Shown: one piece after another, positions 25,104-36,923 of the stretch
Numbering within the stretch: position 1 is the stretch's first letter
Layout of the letters: every line of letters starts with the position of its first letter
Assembly (NCBI GenBank): GCA_011109175.1
Contig: RDEW01000034.1
Span: 584,126-648,125, forward strand
Reading direction: 5' to 3'
Length of the DNA: 64,000 nt
Source of the DNA: Dicyema japonicum
Lineage: Eukaryota; Animalia; Dicyemida
Notes under the pieces: generated by a model
Seen by the model: only the letters and a program-made list of their open reading frames with translations
Databases searched by the model: none
Told to the model about the DNA's origin: nothing
Program-made: the position numbers and the translations under genes

Positions 25104-26963
25104 CAGTGGTGACACGTTTATATGGGACAAAAAAGGGTATTTTTAAAAAATCGTCCCATATAATTATTTGTCCCATATAATATTTTAATTTTTTTAATCA
25201 ACAAATTTATTTCAAATATAATCTATCATCACTTTTTCTTTTATTAATTGAAACTTTATTTAATTTGGATTCAAACCTCATCAAATGAACACATAGATCA
25301 CTATCGTATTCATGCACCAAATTTTTAAAAGATCCAAGTCTAATTCTTATTTCTTTTAAATCTTCATATGAAAACGGTTCATCATTTTGGTCAATTCTTT
25401 CTTCAAAGTTATTTCGGGATTGAAAATTATTGATTCATTCACATTTTCAGATTCATTTTCCAAAGGTTCATTGAATTCAATATCTTCTAACACCATATTG
25501 TCAGGATTTACTTCTTTATAGTACAAACCAGCTTTTTTCAACAATTAATAACAGTGTTTTTAGAAATTAACTTTACGGCTTCTTTAATCCAAAATATACT
25601 ATCAATTTTTAGATTTAAATTTAATTTCTTCACATTCCCAAATATTAATTAAATTCTGTTGATTGAGCTTTGTATTTACTTTTAATTACTTTAATAATTC
25701 CATATCTAAAGGTTGAATTACTGAACTGGTATTTGGAGGAATAAAATTAAATTTGATATTACTTGGCTCTTCAGTATTATAACCGCTAAAATTGTCCATT
25801 AACAAAAGAATGTGTCGATGTTCTTTAATAAAATTATTATTCAGTTCATTAATATATAAAAATGTCTTTCGTTAACCAAGCTATTTGCAACATAATATTG
25901 TTTGATTTAAGATCATATTGCTTAAAGCACCGAGGATTTTTACTTTTACAAATAAATAATGGATTGCAAATTTCTTCATTCATTGAACAACAAAACAATG
26001 CTGTAATTTTTTCACTGTCTTTTTTTTATTGAATTTGATGACATACGAATAGCTGTGTTGCCCTCTCAAATAAATGCATGTTTTATCACAGTTATAAATA
26101 TTTTCTAAAGAATAACCACGAATTAGACAAAATGATTCTGCAAATATGAATGCAGATTCATGATCAGCACTTGCAGCTTCTCCAGATAACCGTTTATATT
26201 TCATGTTATAATGACATTTGAAGGATGAAAACCACTGTTTTCCACGTTTGAATGAATTATCATTATGTTCTTGCGCATATTTAAGTGCGAGTACTTTAAT
26301 AGAATTGAGAGTCATATTCTGCGATCTTAATTTTGAAATGGCCCCAATCAAATACTCGTTCAAAGAACCAAATCTTGGAATATATTTTGTCCGGATTACG
26401 TGCCTGTTATCGAAATTTGTATATTTGTCTAAATTCTTAGCTATTCTTCCCACGACTGTTTTGTTAGTTCCATATCGTTGGGCAATTACTCTATAAGAAC
26501 TTTTTTGTTCTATGATTTCCTCAGCAATCTTGTTTTTGGTATTAAAATCAAGTTCATTTCTCTTGTTTGACGTCATAAGGTTAATAACAAAAAATATTGA
26601 TTTAATTCTTTTTTTAAACAAATAATTTTTTTACAATTAACAAATGTCAGTTGAGGAAGCCTGCTGCGTGGATTGCGAACGAGTTCCCTCGGAGTATGGC
26701 TATTCTAATCTTTTTTGTCTTAGCCATTAACCCTTTCTCGTTGATCCCTTTTCTTCTGGCAAGCAATCCTCCGAGTTCTTGCAATTCTTTAAAAATTGTC
26801 CCATATATATTAGCAATATATTTAAAATTGTTAAATAATTTATATAAATTTACTACAAAAATGCAAATATTGACAATTGTTAATAAATTGGTTAAATTGT
26901 CCCATTTATACATTTTGTCCCGTCCCATATAATTTTTTGTCTTATATAAATGTGTCACCACTG
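25104..26963 (-). mobile_element. pogo/Tigger DNA transposon inserted in an intron of the Ginger integrase
   Basis: TIRs CAGTGGTGACACGTTTATATGGGACAAAAAA and its near-complement ending at 26963. TA follows on the right and CA on the left. Transposase ORF 25980..26621 has HTH and NIYNCDKT motifs, followed by LLMDNF and IPPNTSSVIQPLDMGII in broken frames. Confidence 0.9.
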
Positions 26964-27989
26964 TAGTTTCGCTTTTGAAAGGCCGTTGTTAAACAAGTCG
27001 GCAAGTGAAGTATGCCAGAATTTGGAGTCCCTTTTTTACTTATATGGACCTTGTCAAATTCTACAGTCGGACAACGGGACTGAATTTAAAAATGCCAACA
27101 TTCGAGTTTTATGTGAGAAATTCAGAATACGTCACCATGGAAGACCAAACAATCCTAGATCCCAAGTTTGTATACAAAATAATTTTTAGGGAATAGTAGA
27201 ACGTTTCAATCAGACGTTGACAATATCAATATCTAAACTTATTGATGGGAATCAAAATGAATGTGTGTCTATTTTAGAATATGCAGTTTATTGCTATACA
27301 ATACGACAATGCACTCTTTTTCAAATACGACGCCATTCAAACGGTATCGCGGAATTTTTGGAACAAATTCCTTACAAAAGATAGAATGCGAAGAAGGTGC
27401 TACATTTAAATTTTGTAATTTTAGAATCTGTGATAATAGTTAATGACGTTTCAACTATTTGCGAATCGGCTCATCAAATTAATGGCGGTTTTTAATTTAT
27501 AAATTACAATTTTGTATAATCCTCTAATTTCGAGATAACACCAATTGTGGGCGACGACCAATACTATCGACGGATGAATAGACGAATGGGTGTACATTTT
27601 AGTAAGTACAATTATGCAATTGGAGATCAAGTTAAAATTTTGGTGTATTTAATTAATGTACGAATCACGAAAAATCATGGAACTAACCCAGCATTGATGC
27701 TTGAAAAGTTTGAATCCAAAAATTCTGAACTTGCGAAATAGTCTCTATCTTATCTGATTCACGTGTAGAAGTATTTTCGAACGTATTTATTGGTTGAATT
27801 TTCTGATGGAAGAATAAGATCGGTCTTAATTTCAAGACTTAAAAAATAATTTTTTACTATATTAAATAAATTCTTTGTTAAATTTAGCAATTGCTAGCTT
27901 GTTACTATGGAAACACGTAAAAAAAGAGGTTGCCCATAGGCATCAAGCCACCCATGTGACATATTTAGTTAAACTTTAATAAAGATAAA

Positions 27990-28250
27990 TTTTATTTTTA
28001 ACTACACAAACACTTAACAACTACAAAACTTTCCTTTCAGTCAAACTGGCCTCTCTGGAATTGAAAACCGATTTACTATGACGATTTGTAAAGAAATTCG
28101 CTCAATAAGCCGACTCATTTCTCCAATATCTTTCTAATTCCTTGCAATAAGCGATCCGATACGGTCAGCAGGGTAAATGATCTGCCTCTAAGATAAACAA
28201 ACATATTATTCAAAAAGTGGATCCAGCACGAAAAAGTTAATCAGACACCT
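27990..28250 (-). mobile_element. CRE-like 3' end fragment
   Basis: The minus strand encodes LIERISLQIV, matching the C-terminus at 16370-16400. Confidence 0.6.
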
Positions 28251-28360
28251 TCATGACATTAAGCACACATGTGTCAAACGTAATCATTGCTTCGGCACGA
28301 AAACTTAACTTCGTAAATGTGCTCGTCTCAAAATATAAAAAATCTTCAAATCGATTCTAC

Positions 28361-28460
28361 ATTTATGTAAATTTATTAGGGAAGTAATAAATGCTTGTTC
28401 GCAGAAAAAATTCCAAGAAATTAATAAATCATATAAATACTCAATTTCAGTAAAACTCAA
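28361..28460 (+). promoter_or_regulatory. Putative promoter/5' leader shared by all eight surface-gene copies
   Basis: A ~100 bp block (ATTTATGTAAATTTATT...GCTTGTTCGCAG...AAATTCCAAGAAA...TATAAATAC...TCAATTTCAGTAAAACTCAA-ATG) precedes every copy, including the inverted one (~13484-13600), although sequences further upstream differ. Its function is inferred from position only. Confidence 0.5.
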
Positions 28461-29284
28461 ATGTTCTGGTTTTTAGTAATTGTGTTAGGAATAATAGAGA
28501 TTTGTATTACATTTTATAAAAATAGCATTACAACAATACACACCATACTCTATGGAAGTGAAATTTGATAATTTCCCAGTAATTTACTTTATTAACAATT
28601 AGGAAGACGAGATAAATTTTGTCAAATCGGTCAATATGTGTCATTAATGTTCAGGCTTTAAGAGAAGTTATGACTATAACCGAAGAGAATATTAATCCTG
28701 AACTTAGCATAACAATAAGGTAATACAACAATTAATTCTTTTAGTCGTGGTCAAGAAAATTGTGATTACAGAGATAGTATTTTAACGGTAACAGTGCTAC
28801 AGATGCTGAAGTATAGATAATTTATATTAATAGATCTTGACTGGAAAAATATTAAAATGTCTGTTAAAAAATATTTTGCGAGGAAAAGAAGTAATAGACC
28901 CTCAATCCCGAGATTTTGATATACTACAGGACGAAAGTGGATGGTTAATAATGTAATATTATTTTAGTGCAAGAATATTATCCGATGAACAAGTTATATT
29001 CCTTCAAGGGATAAACAAAGCAGATTTTTGAATAGAATTGTAGGTTAATAAATTATTAATATTAGAACAACCTCTGTTACGACCACCAGTACAACCACTA
29101 CTCCTATACCTCCTGATGATGATGACATGGACACAGATGAGCAAAAGATATCCATGAAGATTCTGAAAAATTAACCACCAAAGATCGCAGTAATATTGGA
29201 ATAAATTGTATTATTATAATATATTCAGCATTCAATATTATTCATTTCCTGAATGCTCTAATTATTATTGGAGTTATCATTTAA
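28461..29284 (+). CDS. Array surface-protein gene, unit 1 (frameshifted in this assembly)
   Basis: ATG 28461, TAA 29282-29284, all seven GT-AG introns present. 1-nt deletions at ~28800 (CTACAGATG), ~29070 and ~29145. Confidence 0.8.
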
Positions 29285-30289
29285 TTAGATTATTAATAAT
29301 TTGATTGGATTGGGTTCTCTAAATAAAAATTTATTAAAATAATTTTGACTAAAACTAACAGTTAACAATATTGGATGCTCTGGTAATTGAGAACGCATTT
29401 CCTCAATATTTGCATGGTAATGTGCTCAATGGGTCAGCTTTTTTCTCTTCAAAAATTTTTCTTTCAGATCTAATTTGTTTGGGTTTTCGAAGTCACGTGG
29501 AGAATTTCCGAGGCCAAATTCTGATTTTTGAGATCAATTACCTGTTTTTCATTTACTGACACGACCTTATCCCTCAGAAAACTCTGATTAGATACAGCGA
29601 GAAACCGGGCTTGTCGCTATGGAAGAAATTCTGTTCGTCGATTCCATGGCCGAATGTTAGCCCAAATTGGTTTGATCCTCTCAGAAGGAGACCGAGACTT
29701 GCTGCTTCGTAGAAGACCAGTCGATCGATAATGTTGATTTTTTTAAAAATTATTTAGAGTTAAAAAAACATTGAGCCAGTTTTGGGACTCAATCTACCTT
29801 AGATAGAAATACTCTGGAATCCCACCATTTGAAGGATATTTCACCGCAACAATTAGGGAAACCTTGAGCAGGCACAAACGGGAGTTTATATAGACTGAAA
29901 ATGATAATATTGAGTGCCTGTCGGCCTCCTCACTGGGATTATCACTCAAAGGGAGAATAATTTACAATTTTCTTATTATTATCCAAATTTTCAAGTTAGG
30001 TCATCCTTGCAGTCGATCTTTAGTGGACTACAATATTTGGAGAATTATCAACATTTTGGCTTCTCGTTCCATTTAGAGTTCCCATCACTACTGAATCGCT
30101 TGCTGTACTGAATCTTTTCCTGCCGACTCCGAAAACAAAAGAAAAGTTCTCACACATTTAATGTTGTCATAAATTTGCAACCTTCTTTTCGTTTTTCTTT
30201 GATTGTATAAGACTTTTTGTCATTCAAGAGTTTGTAACTTAGAGGTTTGTTCATATGTTCATGTTAAATTAATTAAATTATTCCAAAGA

Positions 30290-31170
30290 CCAAGGATAAG
30301 CAAACTAACTAACTCCTTGATCCTGCCTCATTCCACCGTTCCAGAACTTGTTTCCAGGTAACGACACAGAAGAGGAGTCGTTGACCTGAACACATCCGTT
30401 TCTTCCTCATCAAAGTTACTGGAGCGTCACTGAACTGATTTAGTGATTAATTGCTGTAACCAAATCTTCCTTCCTCGATAGTGCACATTTCATATTTATA
30501 CTCTACCGACATGCTCTCCAGCGTCCTCTTAAGGACAACGGATTGAATGTATGTAGTTTGAGCTCTCTAGCAAATAAATCGTACTTATTCAATTTTTTTA
30601 CTTCAGTGTGCTTCAATAATCCTTGAGAAGTAAAACTCTCCTTGAACACAACTAAACTTAAATAGTCCTCTTAAACACTTATCTATCTTATTCATCATCC
30701 TCACCATTCTCAGAAAATATTTTTAGATTATAAATAATAGTAAGTGATTGGCTGTATACGTCATCAATGATGACTTACTTTGGGATTTAAACAATTTTGG
30801 AAATTTAAATTTTAGAATTTTGCTTAAAGGATCCATTACTAACACACAAAGCCGGAAAGACAGACGAATCTCCTTGCAATATACCACGATTTAATTTAAC
30901 GAACCCAATCTTTCCCTGTTGAAATATCGAATAACTTTCTAATGGCTTATCAGACTTTTCACAAACGTTCCGATCCACATTGGGAAACAGAAAACTCTGA
31001 ACATGGCAGAGAAAGCAATGGTCCACAAAGTTGTACGCCTTCTTTAAATCAATCCACGAAGCGAATATTTTGTTTCCATAATGACTGTTTATGCACTGAT
31101 TTATTACAGCTCGCTCCTTTGCCCCTTGACATATCCTCCTTGCCCATGCTTTTGCAAAACTGACATACAA
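30290..31170 (-). mobile_element. Internally deleted R4/Dong-like retrotransposon fragment, present in units 1-6
   Basis: WIDLKKAY..VDH, VKLNRGILQGDSLS and ..VLKRTLESM.VEY motifs (unit 6 ORF 49691..50098; also 37957..38226). It belongs to the same group as 56660-58340, whose end reads QSTVLKRTLESL. Confidence 0.8.
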
Positions 31171-31329
31171 GGTCTCACGTGAAATTCGTATTATTATAAT
31201 ATATTTATTCCTGATTGTTTTTAATAGTTAAATGTTTATTTAATGATCTTGGTTGTTTTACTGTGGTCTTGAGATTTAATTAAATAAAATTTTATTTTTC
31301 ATGTGAAAACAATTTATTACGTAACAAGA

Positions 31330-31540
31330 CAATCAAAATAATCCACTTGATTGATGAAATGGATGTTTCTTTGACAACTGCCAGAGAAATCCTTTGGAAC
31401 AACATTCGATTTCCCGACTCTCATTCTTCACTTTCGAAATCATTGACCCAAGCGATTTTAGAAAAGAGACGTCTTGGCTCCACTCGTCTAGACAACAACG
31501 GGTTGTACATGGAATCTGAATGAGAGGCTATCTTATTTTT
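31330..31540 (-). mobile_element. CRE-like 3' end fragment, present in units 1-6
   Basis: The minus strand encodes RFHVQPVVV.TSG and QRISLAVV, similar to 19835-19950. Confidence 0.65.
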
Positions 31541-32107
31541 TTATATTGAGAGTATTGAAGGTAAGAGCAGCCTCCCCAAATGAAAATTTATTATGAAATT
31601 ATTAATTAAAAGACAGTTGTTATTAATTAAAGTTAATTAACTTAAAGTCATGAAAAAATTACTTTTATGATCTACAGGTATTAAGCACGGTCTTTTTATG
31701 ATATTCACACAAAATGGAAAACCGCCAGAAGAACGGTGTTTTCGAAAATTTGTTGGTTCCCGAGAGACACTGGGAAAAGATGAGAATATTGCTGAGAAGC
31801 CAGGATCAGCTGATGGCGTTTGTATTTTAATTATTGTTTACCTTGTGATTTATGACTTAATAATAATAGATTGGAATACTATTTAAAAAACGATAGTGGA
31901 ATGACCACTCAGATTATAATGGTATCAGCATCCAAGTATTTTAAAAAGCGTTCTCAAAAGACATACCACCATCGGGATTGTAAAAATGATATTAATTCAG
32001 ATTCTAAATTTATGTAAATTTATTAAGGAAGTAATAAATGCTTGTTCGCAGAAAAAATTCCAAGAAATTAATAAATCATATAAATACTCAATTTCAGTAA
32101 AACTCAA

Positions 32108-32932
32108 ATGTTCTGGTTTTTAGTAATTGTGTTAGGAATAATAGAAATTTGTATTACATTTTATAATAATAGCATTACAACAATACACACCATACCCTAT
32201 GAGAGTGAAATTTGATAATTTCCCAGTAATTTACTTTATTAACAATTAGGAGACGAGAGAAATTTTGTCATACGGTCAAAATGTGTCATTAATGTTAGGC
32301 ATTAGGAGAAGTTATGACTATAACCGAAGAGAATATTAATCCTGAACTTACCATAACAATAAGGTAATACAACAATTAATTCTTTTAGTCGTGGTCATGA
32401 AAATTGTGATTACAGAGATAGTATTTTAACGGTAACAGTGCTACCAGATGCTGAAGTATAGATAATTTATATTAATAGATCTTGACTGGAAAAATATTAA
32501 AATGTCTGTTAAAAAATATTTTGCGAGGAAAAGAAGTAGGAGACGATAAATCCCGAGATTTTGATATACTACATGACGAAAGTGGATGGTTAATAATGTA
32601 ATATTATTTTAGCGCAAGAATATTATCCGATGAACAAGTTTTATTCCTTCAAGAGATAAACAAAGCAGATTTTTTGAAAAGAATTGGAGGTTAACAAATT
32701 ATTAATATTAGAACAACCTACTGTTACGACCACCAGTACAACCACTACTCCTATACCTCCTGATGATAATGATATGGACACAGATGAGCAAAAAGATATC
32801 CATGAAGATTCTGAAAAATTAACCACCAAAGATCGCAGTAATATTGGAATAAATTGTATTATTATAATATATTCAGCATTCAATATTATTCATTTCCTGA
32901 ATGCTCTAATTATTATTGGAGTTATCATTTAA
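32108..32932 (+). CDS. Array surface-protein gene, unit 2 (frameshifted)
   Basis: ATG 32108. The last exon corresponds to ORF 32684..32932. Exon 3 is 25 nt instead of 27. Confidence 0.8.
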
Positions 32933-35753
32933 TTAGATTATTAATAATTTGATTGGATTGGGTTCTCTAAATAAAAGGATTTATTAAAATAATTTTGACT
33001 AAAACTAACAGTTAACAATTATTGGATGCTCTGGTAATTGAGAACGCATTTCCTCGATGATTTGCATCGTAATGTGCTCAATGGGTCAGCTTTTTTCTCT
33101 TCAAAAATTTTTCTTTCAGATCTAATTTGTTTGGGTTTTATCGAAGTCACGTGGAGAATTTCCGAGGCCAAATTCTGATTTTTGAGATCAATTATCTGTT
33201 TTTAATTTACTGACACGACCTTATCCCTCAGAAAACTCTGATTAGATACAGCGAGAAACCGGGCTTGTCGCTATGGAAGAAATTCTGTTCGTCGATTCCA
33301 TGGCCGAATGTTAGCCCAAATTGTTGATCCTCTCAGAGGAGACCGAGACTATGCTGCTCTTCGTAGAAGACCAGTCGATCGATAATGTTGATTTTTTTAA
33401 AAATTATTTAGAGTTAAAAAGAACATTGAGCCAGTTTTGGGACTCAATCTACCTTAGATAGAAATACTCTGGAATCCCACCATTTGAAGGATATTTCACC
33501 GCAACAATTAGGGAAACCTTGAGCAGGCACAAACGGGAGTTTATATAGACTGAAAATGATAATATTGAGTGCCTGTCGGCCTCCTCACTGGGATTATCAC
33601 TCAAAGGGAGAATAATTTACAAGTTTCTTATTATTATCCAGAATTTTCAAGGTTAGGTCATCCTTGCAGTCGATCTTAAGTGGACTACATTATTTGGAGA
33701 ATTAATCAACATTTTGGCTTCTTCGTTCCATTTAGGTTCCCATCACTTGCTGAATCGCTTGCTGTACTGAATCTTTTCTTGCCGACTCTAAAAACTCAAG
33801 AAAAGTTTCTAACACATTTAATATTGTCATAAATTTGCAACCTTCTTTTCGTTTTTCTTTGATAGTTTAAGACTTTTTGCCATTCAACAGTTTGTAACTT
33901 AGAGGTTTGTTCACATGTTCATGTTAAATTAATTAAATTATTCCAAAGACCAAGGATAAACAAACTAACTAACTCCTTGATCCTGTCTCGTTCCACCGTT
34001 CCAGAACTTGTTTCCAGGCAACGACACTGAAGAGGAGTCGTTGACCTGTAACCCATCCGTTTCTTCCTCATCAAAGTTACCTGGAGCGTCACTGAACTGA
34101 TTTATTGATTAATTGCTGTAACCAAATCTTCCTTCCTCGATAGTGCACATTTCATATTTATACTCTACCAACATGCTCTCCAGCGTCCTCTTGAGGACAA
34201 CGGATTGAATGTATGTAGTTTGAGCTCTCTAGCAAATAAATCGTACTTATTCAACTTTTTTACTTCAGTGTGCTTCAATAATCCTTGAGAAGTATAACTC
34301 TCCTTAAACACAACTAAACTGAAATAATCATCTATCTCATTCATCATCCTCACCATTCTCAGCAAATATTTTTAGATTATCAATAATAGTAAGTGATTGG
34401 CTGTATACGTCATCAATGATTAATTACTTTGGGATATAGACAATTTTGGAAATTTAAATTTTAGAATTTTGCTTAAAGGATCCATTACTAACACACAAAG
34501 CCGGAAAGACAACGAATCTCCTTGCAATATACCACGATTTAATTTAACGAAAACAATCTTTCCTGTTGAAATTCGAATAACTTTCTAATGGCTTATCAGA
34601 CTTTTCACAAACCTTCCGATCCACATTGGGAAACAGAAAACTCAGAACATGGCAGAGAAAGCAATAGTCCACAAAGTTGTACGCCTTCTTTAAATCAATC
34701 CACGAAGCAAATAGTTTGTTTCCATAATGACTGTTTATGCACTGATTTATTACAGCTCGCTCCTTTGCCCCTTGACATATCCTCCTTGCCCCATTTTTGC
34801 GGAACTGACATACAAGGTCTCACGTGAAATTCGTATTATTATAATATATTTATTCCTGATTGTTTTTAATGGTTAAATGTTTATTTAATGATCATGGTTG
34901 TTTTACTGTGGTCTTGAGATTTAATTAAATAAAATTTTATTTTTCATGTGAAAACAATTTATTACGTAACAAGACAATCAAAATAATCCACTTGATTGAT
35001 GAAATGGATGTTTCTTTTGACAACTGCCAGAAGAAATCCTTTGGAACAACTATTCGATTTCCCGACTCTCATTCTTCACTTTGGAAATCATTGACCCAAG
35101 CGATTTTAGAAAAGAGGCGTCTTGGCTCCACTCGTCTAGACAACAACGGGTTGTACATGGAATCTGAATGAGAGGCTATCTTATTTTTTATCTTGAAATT
35201 ATTAAAAGTAAGAGCAGCCTCCCCAAATGAAAATTTATTATGAAATTATTAATTAAAAGACAGTTGTTATTAATTAAAGTTAATTAATTTAAAGTCATGA
35301 AAAAATCACTTTTATGATCTACAAGTATTAAGCACGGTCTTTTTATGATATTCACACAAAATGAAAACCGCCAGAAGAACGGTGTTTTCGAAAATGTGTT
35401 GGTTCCCGAGAGACACTGGGAAAAGATGAGAATATTGCTGAGAAGCCAGGATCAGCTGATGGCGTTTGTATTTTAATTATTGTTTACCTTGTGATTTATG
35501 ACTTAATAATAATAGATTGGAATACTATTTAAAAAACGATAGTGGAATGACCACTCAGATTATAATGGTATCAGCATCCAAGTATTTTAAAAAGCGTTCT
35601 CAAAAGACATACCACCATCGGGATTGTAAAAATGATATTAATTCAGATTCTAAATTTATGTAAATTTTTAAGGAAGTAATAAATGCTTGTTCGCAGAAAA
35701 AATTCCAAGAAATTAATAAATCATATAAATACTCAATTTCAGTAAAACTCAAT

Positions 35754-36085
35754 GCCGGTGGCTTAGTGGTTAGGTGTCGGGCTTAAGTGGCTTAGGCTAC
35801 GGGTTCGAATCTCGCTTGCTGTTCACCTTGGTGGAAGGTTCACGCATCTACGATGCAGAAATGGTTTGACGAGTGACGCCGTCATCAGTGAATACTCACT
35901 GCGGAACTGAATTTGTCTAGAAAGGACACTCACACAAGAAAAAGAAAAAAAGAAGTGAAGATCATTCCTTGGTTCTACGATTAGTTAAAATTAACTGTTC
36001 TTTACTTAAATAAAGTGTGTGTCCTGCTATGCGGAGCTATAAAATACTATGGCTCTCGTGAAAAGGCTTTATTATTATTATTATT
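35754..36085 (+). mobile_element. tRNA-derived SINE with RTE-like 3' tail, inserted at the start codon of the unit 3 gene
   Basis: A box TGGCTTAGTGG (35759-35769), B box GGTTCGAATC (35802-35811), (TTA)n tail, and ~13-15 bp TSD AGTAAAACTCAAT / AGTAAAAACTCAAAT. Units 1, 2, 4, 6 and 7 show the empty site. Confidence 0.9.
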
Positions 36086-36098
36086 AGTAAAAACTCAA

Positions 36099-36923
36099 AT
36101 GTTCTGGTTTTTAGTAAATTGTGTTAGGAATAATAGAATTTGTATTACATTTATAATAATAGCATTACAACAATACACACCATACTCTATGGAAGTGAAA
36201 TTTGATAATTTCCCAGTAATTTACTTTACTAACAATTAGGGAGACGAGAGAAATTTTGTCATACCGGTCAAAATGTGTCATTAATGTTTAGGCATTAGGA
36301 GAAGTTATGACTATAACCGAAGAGAATAATAATCCTGAACTTAGCATAACAATAAGGTAATACAACAATTAATTCTTTTAGTCGTGGTCAAGAAAATTGT
36401 GATTACAGAGATAGTATTTTAACGGTAACAGTGCTACAGATGCTGAAGTATAGATAATTTATATTAATAGATCTTGACTGGAAAAATATTAAAATGTCTG
36501 TTAAAAAATATTTTGCGAGGAAAAGAAGTAATAGACCCTCAATCCCGAAAATTTTGATATACTACAGGACGAAAGTGGATGGTTAATAATGTAATATCAT
36601 TTTAGCGCAAGAATATTATCCGATGATCAAGTTTATTCTTCAAGGGATAAACAAAGCAGACTTTTTGAATAGAATTGGAGGTTAATAAATTATTAATATT
36701 AGAACAACCTCCTGTTACGACCACCAGTACAACCACTACTCCTATACCTCCTGATGATGATGACATGGACACAGATGAGCAAAAAGATATCCATGAAGAT
36801 TCTGAAAAATTAACCACCAAAGATCGCAGTAATATTGGAATAAATTGTATTATTATAATATATTCAGCATTCAATATTATTCATTTCCTGAATGCTCTAA
36901 TTATTATTGGAGTTATCATTTAA
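36099..36923 (+). CDS. Array surface-protein gene, unit 3 (frameshifted, SINE upstream)
   Basis: ATG 36099. The last exon corresponds to ORF 36675..36923. Compensating +1/-1 indels in exon 1 and a 1-nt deletion at ~36437. Confidence 0.8.

Larger units (their letters stand above)
22576..27961 (+). mobile_element. Ginger-like (Ginger2/TDD-type) integrase DNA transposon with two nested insertions
   Basis: Termini TGTCACATGGG (22576) and CCCATGTGACA (27961) with ~40 bp imperfect subterminal inverted repeats. A 5-bp TSD TATTT lies on both sides. The integrase has H..H/C..C-like, ERFQINLIDL, WILCVIDVYSRF, ILQSDNGTEF, GRPNNPRSQ-GIVERFNQTL and YNTTMHS motifs. Confidence 0.88.

Noticed and set aside
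31698-31886. 62-aa ORF MIFTQNGKPPEERCF... repeated in several units
   Set aside because: Identity is explained by the tandem duplication. It is broken in units 2 and 5, and IAEKPGSA resembles decayed CRE sequence.
35754-35820. Functional tRNA gene
   Set aside because: A and B boxes are present, but I could not form anticodon or acceptor stems. The sequence continues into a LINE-like tail with TSDs, so it is a SINE head.
35860-35900. Hammerhead ribozyme (CTGATGA on the minus strand of the SINE)
   Set aside because: There is no GAAA after the putative stem II, so the catalytic core is incomplete.
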